From assembly GCA_037924335.1 (NCBI GenBank), contig JAXSMZ010000033.1, positions 1 through 11,064 of the forward strand: 11,064 bases of DNA, written 5' to 3'. Every line of letters starts with the position of its first letter. Positions within the stretch are counted from its first letter, which is position 1. Positions 1 to 6,433 of this stretch are shown one piece after another. Made by a program: the position numbers and the translations under genes. The stretch comes from Aquificaceae bacterium (GTDB taxonomy: Bacteria; Aquificota; Aquificia; Aquificales; Aquificaceae). The notes beneath the pieces were generated by a model. The model searched no databases and had not been told where the DNA came from. It saw only the letters and a program-made list of their open reading frames with translations.

Positions 1-750
1 CTGTGCTTTTGTGGCATCACCTTGAACAGAGGATATTCCCTTTGAAAGCTCAGAGGGCAACACCCTTATCCCAAATATTTCCCTTGCTGGTATACCAGAC
101 GCTCTACATAGTGCAACAAAGAGAGAACTTATGTCCGTACACTTTCCGCCAAAATATCCGCTTTCCAGCATACTCTTCACGTCTCCAACACCACAACCCA
201 AAACTTTTGGGTCTCTAAAGGTGTTTTCTACAACCCAGTTATATATTGCCCTCGCTTTTTCTAAGTCTGTCTCGGCTCCTTTTGTTATTTTATCTGCGTA
301 TTCCTTGACTATACCATCTGTCTGTATATGTTCTGTTGGTTTAAGATAAAGAGCCACATCCTCTGGTATTCTTCTATTATTAGCAGGTATATTTTTCCAA
401 TCTATCCTATCTCTATCCCAAATTTCTACATGGAAGCTAACCTCTGCAAAGTTTCTTTCTGAACCGCCCTGAAATTCTAAATACAGAATAGGTGCTTTAT
501 AAGTGTTTTCCTCTGTCATAAGAATTCTGGAAGCACTGCTCCTTACTTCCACATTAACGAGTCTCTGATAGGAGGTGTTCATAGGAACTGGAATCCATAA
601 CCTAACGAGGTCTTTATAGGGTAATTCCGTGGAGTAGGTCAACTTCAACGCTTTTTTGTTTTGTGATGTCTTGCCTAAAACAGGACTGATGGGCGTAGCC
701 ATAAGTGTAATTCCACACACTGCTCCCTTAAGAAGCGTTCTTCTATCCAT
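1..750 (-). CDS. Tat-exported transglutaminase-like (Cys protease fold) protein, 5' part; continues beyond the window start
   Basis: Manual translation from ATG at 750 is open to position 1: MDRRTLLKGAVCGITLMATPISPVLG...LWIPVP...EKARAIYNWVVENTFRDPKVLGCGVGDVKSMLESGYFGGKCTDISSLFVALCRASGIPAREIFGIRV...DATKAQ. Twin-arginine motif DRRTLLK; transglutaminase core G-K-C-x-D...ALCRAxGIPAR with the Cys codon at 139-141; SD AAGGAGG at 757-763 (minus). Confidence 0.9.
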   Translation of the reverse strand, partial: MDRRTLLKGAVCGITLMATPISPVLGKTSQNKKALKLTYSTELPYKDLVRLWIPVPMNTSYQRLVNVEVRSSASRILMTEENTYKAPILYLEFQGGSERNFAEVSFHVEIWDRDRIDWKNIPANNRRIPEDVALYLKPTEHIQTDGIVKEYADKITKGAETDLEKARAIYNWVVENTFRDPKVLGCGVGDVKSMLESGYFGGKCTDISSLFVALCRASGIPAREIFGIRVLPSELSKGISSVQGDATKAQ

Positions 751-787
751 GGTTAACCTCCTTTAGTTTTTGGTTTCATGGCTTACT

Positions 788-816
788 AATATAGAGCGGG
801 TACAAAAACGTGTCAT
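788..816 (-). promoter_or_regulatory. Putative sigma70 promoter of the transglutaminase-like gene
   Basis: Minus strand reads ATGACA (816-811), 17 nt spacer, TATATT (793-788). Confidence 0.55.
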
Positions 817-857
817 TAGATTTATTCAAACAATTCTTAAAAAACTCTTTGAAAATT

Positions 858-872
858 TGTAACTTTGTTACA
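858..872. promoter_or_regulatory. Palindrome, possible transcription-factor site
   Basis: TGTAAC-TTT-GTTACA perfect inverted repeat in the divergent intergenic region. Confidence 0.35.
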
Positions 873-910
873 GACAATAGAAAGCAGACATTTCATAGTT
901 TAAACAAAAC

Positions 911-1494
911 GGGACTGTCTCATCCATTGTGTAAAAAAATACAAACGCTCCAATAACCCTAACTCCAGAAATGGCTCATGCGAAAAAACCATCAACACAC
1001 CATCAGGACAGGTCAAAGTCTCTATACCAAGAGATAGACTATCTGAATTTGAACCAACGCTTGTCCCAAAAGGTGAAAAAGTCTTGCTTACTATACTCCA
1101 AGGGTCTATCCACAAGAGATATTCAAGATATCCTTGAAGACATCTATAGATACTTGACTTTTGGCTTGCAAGACAAGAAAGTGCCAGTTTTTGGGTAAGT
1201 GTTCTGAATGACCTCAAGGCAAGAGGAGTAGAGGACATATGAGCGACCATCAGAAGTGTTTGGTGCATAAGGTAAGGAACAGTCTCAAATTACAAGTATC
1301 CGTATGAGATAAAGAGGATGCTTGCGACGACTAACTTTGTGTAAACAGCAAGATAAGGAAGGTGATATACGGCAAGAGGATATTTCCTACAGATGAAGCT
1401 TTACTGAAAGTGTGTTATGGGGTAGCGATGGACTTAGAGGAGAAGGGTAGATTATGAGGTATGGTAGAATTTACACAAATTTTGAAACAGTCCC
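911..1494 (+). mobile_element. IS256-family element, internally deleted and non-autonomous (584 bp)
   Basis: 25-bp terminal inverted repeats GGGACTGTCTCATCCATTGTGTAAA (911-935) and TTTACACAAATTTTGAAACAGTCCC (1470-1494), 20/25 matching, enclose IS256 transposase fragments. No clear target-site duplication. Confidence 0.92.
937..1457 (+). pseudogene. IS256-family (Mutator-type DDE) transposase remnant
   Basis: Collinear fragments in shifting frames: NSRNGSCEKTINTPSGQVKVSIPRDRLSEFEPTLVPK (from 961); LYSKGLSTRDIQDILEDIY; ILDFWLARQESASFWVSVLNDLKARGVEDI* (1150-1242); HQKCLVHKVRNSLK (1248-1289); YPYEIKRMLATTNFV* (1297-1344); NSKIRKVIYGKRIFPTDEALLKVCY (from 1344). Confidence 0.92.
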
Positions 1495-1510
1495 AAAAGG
1501 AGGAAAAACC

Positions 1511-1720
1511 ATGGTTTTGGAACTTACAGAAGACCTAAAAACTGGTGTAGAAGAAATGGACAAGGACCACCAAATGCTTGTGGACTATCTCAACGAGGTC
1601 TATGCACTTTAAGTGGGAGGTGGAGATGAAGAAGCCTTTGCTTGGGGATGGCTTGCGGGGCATATAGGAAAGGTAGACAAAAAATACGGAGAGCATGCAA
1701 AAGAAAAGGGTTTGATATAA
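1511..1720 (+). pseudogene. Bacteriohemerythrin pseudogene (in-frame stop and central deletion)
   Basis: SD AAGGAGG at 1497-1503. MVLELTEDLKTGVEEMDKDHQMLVDYLNEVYAL, then TAA at 1610-1612, then in the same frame VGGGDEEAFAWGWLAGHIGKVDKKYGEHAKEKGLI*. Hemerythrin N-terminal (TG-x3-D-x2-H) and C-terminal (WL-x2-HI-x3-D-x2-Y) motifs are present; the central HxxxE and HxxxH ligands are absent. Confidence 0.85.
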
Positions 1721-1721
1721 T
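1713..1721 (+). promoter_or_regulatory. Extended -10 promoter element upstream of the tRNA-Arg remnant
   Basis: TGATATAAT (TGn-TATAAT) ends 10 nt before the tRNA 5' end and overlaps the hemerythrin stop codon. Confidence 0.55.
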
Positions 1722-1731
1722 ATATATGTTA

Positions 1732-1794
1732 GCCCCCGTAGCTCAGAAGGACAGAGCGCGAGATCCCTAATCTCGAGGTCGGAGGTTCAAATCC
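1732..1794 (+). pseudogene. tRNA-Arg(CCT) remnant, 3'-truncated
   Basis: GCCCCCG-TA-GCTC D-arm GAGC; anticodon stem CGAGA/TCTCG with loop TCCCTAA (CCT at 1766-1768; position 33 is C, not U); GGAGG-TTCAAAT-CC, after which pairing stops. No 3' acceptor strand (CGGGGGC expected). Confidence 0.85.
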
Positions 1795-1796
1795 CA

Positions 1797-1837
1797 TTAC
1801 CCCAGTGTTAACACATTATTAACATAATGGGTATAAA
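1797..1837 (+). promoter_or_regulatory. Pho-box-like direct repeats and -10 element upstream of phoU
   Basis: TTAACA at 1808-1813 and 1819-1824 (11-bp period), a degenerate TTACCC at 1797-1802 in the same phase, then TATAAA at 1832-1837. Resembles the TT(A/T/C)ACA repeats bound by PhoP/PhoB-type regulators. Confidence 0.6.
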
Positions 1838-1862
1838 TTTTAATGGATAAAGGAGGAGTAAA

Positions 1863-2531
1863 ATGAAACTTTTTGAAGAGCTTGAAGAGACAAAGCAGAT
1901 AGTCCTTAAGATGGCGGGTATTGTTAAATCTGCCGTAGAAAAAGCTATAGAATCGCTGAATAAACAGGATATAGAGCTTGCTGAAGATGTTATAAAGGGG
2001 GATGACCAGATAGACCAGCTTGAGGTAGAAGTGGAGAGAAGATGCATAAGGATGATAGCACTCTATCAGCCTGAGGCTATAGACCTTAGGTTTATAATGG
2101 GAATGTATAAGATGGTTTCCGACTTGGAAAGGATAGGAGATGAGGCAGAAAACATAGCCCAAAGGTCTATACTTCTTGCTCAAGAACCCCCACTTAAACC
2201 CTATGTAAACCTAACCTTGATGTCTGGTCATGTAAAGGATATGATAGAAGATTCAGTTATAAGCTTTTTTCAGAGGGACGTAGAGCTTGCCAAGAGGGTA
2301 ATAGCGAGGGATGATACCGTTGATGAGCTCTATCATCAGCTTGAGAGGGAGCTAATCACATATGTTATGGAGGACCCAAGGAACATAAAGAGGGTAATAA
2401 ACCTCTCCTTTGTTGGTAGACATCTGGAGAGGATGGCAGACCATTCAGAAAACATAGCCGAAATGGCGGTTTACTGGTCGGAAGGTGAAGTTATAAAGCA
2501 TCAGCACATAAAGGATAAGGGTATGGTGTGA
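1863..2531 (+). CDS. phoU: Phosphate signalling complex protein PhoU
   Basis: Two PhoU repeats with motifs DDQIDQLE, QPEAIDLR, DLERIGDEAENIA, DDTVDELY and HLERMADHSENIAE; SD AGGAGG at 1851-1856. Confidence 0.96.
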   Translation: MKLFEELEETKQIVLKMAGIVKSAVEKAIESLNKQDIELAEDVIKGDDQIDQLEVEVERRCIRMIALYQPEAIDLRFIMGMYKMVSDLERIGDEAENIAQRSILLAQEPPLKPYVNLTLMSGHVKDMIEDSVISFFQRDVELAKRVIARDDTVDELYHQLERELITYVMEDPRNIKRVINLSFVGRHLERMADHSENIAEMAVYWSEGEVIKHQHIKDKGMV

Positions 2532-4288
2532 GGCTCTACATAGCATTTCTTGTCTTCTTTTTGCTCTTTTTGGGCATTAACATAGCCCTCCTCGATAATC
2601 TAAGAAAGATATGGTATGTGGGTTTTCCTCTCATACTTCTTACCGTAAACATAGACCTTCTTGTTTTGGTTATAGTTTTTGCCATTTTCTTTAGAAAGTT
2701 TATAAAGGCCTATTTAGCTGGTTCAAAAAGTAAGATCAGAAGAAAACTTTCAACTGCTACACTCCTGTATGTCTTTATCCCCATACTCTTCCTAAACTTC
2801 GCCACATCCTTAGTCTTGATACAGTCTACAAAGACTCTGGTGAGTTCTCAGCTGAAAGATGTTGCAGTAAAGTCTGAAAGACTGTACCAACGATTGGAGA
2901 AAAGAGAGGATGAAAGGATAAACCTATACAGAGAGTTCTTTCTCTTCCTATTGAGAAGGGGGGAAGACCCCACCATGTACACAAGAGGATTAAAGGAAGT
3001 GAAAAGTATCACTCAGGATGCAAACTGCTCGGAACGTATGGATAACAGTAATATAGTTATGTGCATTGACGGTTACAGAGTAGTGCTCGTGAGAGATAAG
3101 GAAACACTCAGCTCTATAAGTTATCTTTACGATGTTTCAAGGCAGCTCAGGAACCTGGTCAAGTCAAGGGACATAATAAGCGGTATATATGTCTATTTCC
3201 TTATTCTCATAACTCTTGTTACGCTTCTTGCTTCTGTTTGGTTTGGGAACTTGGTTGCAAGGTACATAAGCTTGCCCTTGGAAAGGCTGTCCCAAAGGGC
3301 AAAGGAGATATCAAAGGGTAACTTCTCTGTCAGCGTAAGCATTCCAGCAACGAACGATGAGTTGCAAGAACTCTCAGAATCTTTTGAGAGAATGAAAGAA
3401 GAGTTAAGGAATATGTACAGTAAGCTTAAAAGTGAGAAGAGAATGCTGGAAGAGCTTATAAACGTGCTACCAGTGGGAGTTGTTTATGTATCAAAGGATG
3501 GGAGTCTCTTAGTGAACGATACCTTCAGAAACATGTTTGGTGTACATGTCTGCAAAGAGGAGGACCTAAAAGGGATTGAAAAGAAGCAAAGCATAAGGGA
3601 GGAGCTCATCGAAAGTGCTGATGGTAAAGTCTTTATGTACGAAGACCTTGAGCCTGTTATACTATCAGAAAGGTTCAAAACTTGGCAGTATGCAGTAAAA
3701 AGAATAGCTCACGAGATAAAAAACCCTCTCACTCCGGTAAGCCTTAACTTAGAGAGAATATCTAGGCTCATCTACACTGAGCCTATGGACAGAAGTAAGA
3801 TAAAAGAGTCCATAGACCTGATACTTGGTGAGATAGAAAGGATAAAAAACATTGTAAACCAATTTAGAGACTTGTCCATAGACAGGGAAATAAAGCTCCA
3901 TGAGCTTAGCCTTCGTCAGCTTATAGAGGATGTGTCCAAGCTTTATACAGAGCTAAAAGTAAATGTGGAGGGGGATAAGAGAGTTTATGCAGACAGAAGC
4001 ATGTTAAAGGATATGTTCCTCAACCTTTTCAACAACAGCTTAGATTGGGGTGCTAAAAGCGTGAGTATAAAAATAGATGATAGCTCCTTGGAATATTTGG
4101 ACGATGGTAAAGGTATAGAAAAAGGTAAGGAGGAGATAATATTCTTTCCCTATCACTCAGACAACCCCAAAGGTATGGGGATTGGATTAGCCGTAGTCAA
4201 ACATATAGTCCATGTGCACGGGTGGAATATAAAGGCTCTTCATGATGAAAGGGGTTTTTATCTTATCGTAGAGTTCAAGTCTTCGTAA
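2528..4288 (+). CDS. Membrane sensor histidine kinase, NtrY-like (TM helices, HAMP, degenerate PAS, HisKA, HATPase)
   Basis: Three N-terminal hydrophobic segments plus one before the HAMP (ISLPLERLSQRAKEISKGNF...DELQELSESFERM); H-box WQYAVKRIAHEIKNPLTP typical of NtrY; N-box NLFNNS, G1 DDGKGI, G2 GMGIGL. GTG start overlaps the phoU stop (GTGA). Confidence 0.9.
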   Translation: MRLYIAFLVFFLLFLGINIALLDNLRKIWYVGFPLILLTVNIDLLVLVIVFAIFFRKFIKAYLAGSKSKIRRKLSTATLLYVFIPILFLNFATSLVLIQSTKTLVSSQLKDVAVKSERLYQRLEKREDERINLYREFFLFLLRRGEDPTMYTRGLKEVKSITQDANCSERMDNSNIVMCIDGYRVVLVRDKETLSSISYLYDVSRQLRNLVKSRDIISGIYVYFLILITLVTLLASVWFGNLVARYISLPLERLSQRAKEISKGNFSVSVSIPATNDELQELSESFERMKEELRNMYSKLKSEKRMLEELINVLPVGVVYVSKDGSLLVNDTFRNMFGVHVCKEEDLKGIEKKQSIREELIESADGKVFMYEDLEPVILSERFKTWQYAVKRIAHEIKNPLTPVSLNLERISRLIYTEPMDRSKIKESIDLILGEIERIKNIVNQFRDLSIDREIKLHELSLRQLIEDVSKLYTELKVNVEGDKRVYADRSMLKDMFLNLFNNSLDWGAKSVSIKIDDSSLEYLDDGKGIEKGKEEIIFFPYHSDNPKGMGIGLAVVKHIVHVHGWNIKALHDERGFYLIVEFKSS

Positions 4289-4722
4289 GGAAGTATCTGA
4301 AGTAAGCGTATAAGATGGTTTTCCCACACGGTATCCAGTACTTGGGAAACTACCTCCTCCTGTTCCTCCTGAGTTAAGCCCTTAAAGCTTTCTGAGTTCA
4401 CACCCTTCTCGTGAAGGAGAAGAGGTATGAAAAGCTTTCCTATAGCGTAAAAGATAAAGCACAGCTCTATGTCCGAAAGCCAAGAGAAAGCATTATAGGT
4501 CTTGTAGGTTTTCTCACAGGCCCACCTTGCCCATCTTTTTACGCTTTTGTCGCTCAATCTGTGTTCCATTCCGCCTATGTACATAGAAGCCAAAGCCCTT
4601 GAAAACCTATCATCTTTTTCCTCCTCCCTTAGACTATTCCACAGTCTTTGGACTTTCGGATAGCTTTGTAAAAACTGATCCTTCCATTTAGAATACCTGA
4701 TGAACTCGGAAAAAGGCTTCAT
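4258..4722 (-). CDS. Hypothetical protein, 154 aa
   Basis: ATG coupled to the upstream stop (TGATG at 4724-4720); protein-like composition; 31-nt convergent overlap with the kinase 3' end. No motif recognised. Confidence 0.75.
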   Translation of the reverse strand: MKPFSEFIRYSKWKDQFLQSYPKVQRLWNSLREEEKDDRFSRALASMYIGGMEHRLSDKSVKRWARWACEKTYKTYNAFSWLSDIELCFIFYAIGKLFIPLLLHEKGVNSESFKGLTQEEQEEVVSQVLDTVWENHLIRLLQILPYEDLNSTIR

Positions 4723-5291
4723 CAGCCGCTCTCTTCAGACCTTTCATACTCGGGACAGTCTAACGTTGTAAGGTCTACGTCTGGAATGTTCTCTTCAACT
4801 GTGCTGTAATAACCACAAACAAAGCAATCTATCGCCACGGCATAACCTAGATGAGCATGCCCCACATCCCACCCACAGAGCGGGCACTCTCCCTCACCAG
4901 CTTTTAAAACATCCAGGAGTCTGTTGCCGTTCTTCAAAGAGTTCTGAATCCTCTTTACCCTATCTACTGCTTTTTTAACTTCATCGCTGTTCCATTCAGC
5001 CCCACAGTTTAAACACCTGTACTCTGCGTAGCTTCCCTCTTGGAGAAGTTTCAGAACCTTGTTGGAACCACACCTATCATCTATACATACCTCACCTATG
5101 AGCTTCTTACCGAGCTTATCGAGAATCAATCTGAAATCTTCCCTTGTGAGCTTCATGGGTGTATCGTGAACTTGATATCCACAACACTGGCATTCAGCAC
5201 TCACTCTTGGATATGGCTCATCGTACTCACAAACCTTTAGAGAAACCCTTTTACAGTATGGGCAAAGCTCCAAATGTGTAATGCATATCAT
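4722..5291 (-). CDS. Cys-rich putative multi-zinc-ribbon protein, 189 aa
   Basis: SD GGAGGT at 5302-5297; six Cys pairs: CPYC, CQCC, CIDDRC, CLNC, CPLC, CFVC. Confidence 0.82.
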   Translation of the reverse strand: MICITHLELCPYCKRVSLKVCEYDEPYPRVSAECQCCGYQVHDTPMKLTREDFRLILDKLGKKLIGEVCIDDRCGSNKVLKLLQEGSYAEYRCLNCGAEWNSDEVKKAVDRVKRIQNSLKNGNRLLDVLKAGEGECPLCGWDVGHAHLGYAVAIDCFVCGYYSTVEENIPDVDLTTLDCPEYERSEESG

Positions 5292-5319
5292 GGGCTACCT
5301 CCAGCAAAATTAAATATAG

Positions 5320-5649
5320 TTAAAGGTCAAAAACTGTGTAGTACATCTTCCTTTTATCTTTTATGAACCAGCATTCTCTTATCTCTCCATCCGGGTATAT
5401 GTAGCATTTCCCCTTGATGGGAAGGTCGAGGTATATGTTGGCAGATGAACTCAACCTATTGCCATCTCCGTAGATCTCAATGACCTTGTTCCTCTTGATA
5501 GCTAACTCTATGTTTTTGAAGATAAAAGCCCTAAGGAGCTCCTTATCACTGAAGAACTTCCTTTGCAAAAGGGGTATGACGCTCAAAGTGAGCAAGGAAG
5601 CTATCGTGATCACGATTATAAGCTCAATTAAAGTAAAACCCCTCATCAT
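5320..5649 (-). CDS. Prepilin-type N-terminal cleavage/methylation protein (minor pilin or pseudopilin)
   Basis: (M)MRG/FTLIELIIVITIASLL class III signal with Glu at +5. Start more likely ATG 5649 or 5646 than the TTG at 5661. Confidence 0.85.
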   Translation of the reverse strand: MMRGFTLIELIIVITIASLLTLSVIPLLQRKFFSDKELLRAFIFKNIELAIKRNKVIEIYGDGNRLSSSANIYLDLPIKGKCYIYPDGEIRECWFIKDKRKMYYTVFDL

Positions 5650-5652
5650 GCC

Positions 5653-5701
5653 ATTATACAACAGTTCATCAACTTTTCATAAAACTGGTGTATAATTATA
5701 C
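5653..5701. promoter_or_regulatory. Divergent promoter region with inverted repeat
   Basis: ATTATACAACAGTT (5653-5666) and AACTGGTGTATAAT (5683-5696) match 13/14 as an inverted repeat; each arm ends in an outward-facing TATAAT. Confidence 0.6.
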
Positions 5702-5725
5702 CAAACTCTGAAGGAGGTAAAAAGA

Positions 5726-6022
5726 ATGAGAAGACTGATGCTTCTTATGGTTGCCGGAATTGTAAGCTTTACCTTTGCAAGCGAGCAGCTGGCAAAGCAG
5801 AAAGGCTGTATGGCATGCCACGACCTAAAAGCAAAGAAGGTAGGACCTGCCTTTGCAGATGTTGCTAAGAAGTACGCAGGAAAGAAAGATGCAGTGGATT
5901 ATTTGGCTGGAAAGATCAAGAAAGGTGGTTCTGGTGTTTGGGGATCTGTTCCAATGCCTCCGCAGAACGTGAGCGATGCTGAAGCAAAGCAGCTTGCTCA
6001 GTGGGTTCTTTCTGTGAAGTAA
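5726..6022 (+). CDS. Cytochrome c552 (class I, c551/c552 family) with signal peptide
   Basis: Sec signal ending TFA; heme motif CMACH; KKVGPA; axial Met in WGSVPMPPQ; SD AAGGAGGT at 5711-5718. Mature part nearly identical to H. thermophilus c552 as I recall it. Confidence 0.97.
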   Translation: MRRLMLLMVAGIVSFTFASEQLAKQKGCMACHDLKAKKVGPAFADVAKKYAGKKDAVDYLAGKIKKGGSGVWGSVPMPPQNVSDAEAKQLAQWVLSVK

Positions 6023-6029
6023 AACCAAA

Positions 6030-6051
6030 GGGGCCTTAGGCCCCCTCTTCT
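6030..6051 (+). terminator. GC-rich hairpin, probable intrinsic terminator between convergent genes
   Basis: GGGGCC-TTA-GGCCCC (6030-6044) followed by CTCTTCT; A-rich on the upstream side; the loop is the stop codon of the convergent ORF. Confidence 0.6.
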
Positions 6052-6380
6052 ATAGGATTGCACCTATTTATATTTCCAAAGCATTCAGGACAAAGGTCAA
6101 AAAAGACTAAAAGGCCAAGCCCACCGAGCATCATGTTAACCTGTGTTATAACAAGGTTCTCTTGCCTTTCCGGGAGTACCTGATACCTTTCCAAGGTCAA
6201 ACCGCATAGAGTTTTTCCTTCCGAATCTCCAAGCCTGTGAAACTGAAACACAAGCCTCTTAGTTCTCCTACACTTCATCCACTTGGGGTTCAAATTTAAA
6301 AGTACAAAGTTTATCTGAGCATCTTTATTAATAAGCTCTGCCCTTTGTAGCAGGCGTTCGAACTTTTCTCTTTCTGCCAT
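6036..6380 (-). CDS. Hypothetical protein with possible Zn-binding motif
   Basis: ORF fills the gap between c552 and the nik promoter; ATG at 6380 (ORF track starts at TTG 6389); FH-x9-LCG and CPEC motifs. Confidence 0.65.
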   Translation of the reverse strand: MAEREKFERLLQRAELINKDAQINFVLLNLNPKWMKCRRTKRLVFQFHRLGDSEGKTLCGLTLERYQVLPERQENLVITQVNMMLGGLGLLVFFDLCPECFGNINRCNPIEEGA

Positions 6381-6433
6381 GGATATCAAATATTAGGACT
6401 TTAATAGGATGTTAATATATGATTGATATCATA

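Noticed and set aside
3..349. Plus-strand ORFs 3..218 and 131..349
   Set aside because: Antisense shadows of the minus-strand transglutaminase-like gene, which has an SD and clear motifs.
900..1268. ORFs 900..1268 (-) and 971..1198 (+) as real genes
   Set aside because: Both lie in the IS256 remnant; only part of 971..1198 is in transposase frame and the other is antisense.
903..1502. Target-site duplication of the IS
   Set aside because: Flanks AACAAAAC and AAAAGGAG share only an A-run; no 8-9 bp direct repeat.
1610..1612. Stop-codon readthrough or recoding in the hemerythrin gene
   Set aside because: The stop is TAA, not TGA or TAG, and readthrough would still give a protein lacking the central iron ligands.
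1732..1804. Functional, split or permuted tRNA, using the CCA at 1802-1804
   Set aside because: The sequence before that CCA cannot pair with GCCCCCG or complete the T-stem, U33 is mutated, and no matching 3' half is visible in the window.
4722..5291. Multiheme cytochrome or ferredoxin interpretation of the Cys-rich protein
   Set aside because: No CxxCH motifs, no signal peptide and no CxxCxxCxxxC pattern.
1797..5695. Short alternative ORFs 1797..2183, 1808..2047, 3484..3678, 4411..4602, 5040..5240, 5480..5695
   Set aside because: Opposite-strand overlaps of better-supported genes, with no recognisable motifs.
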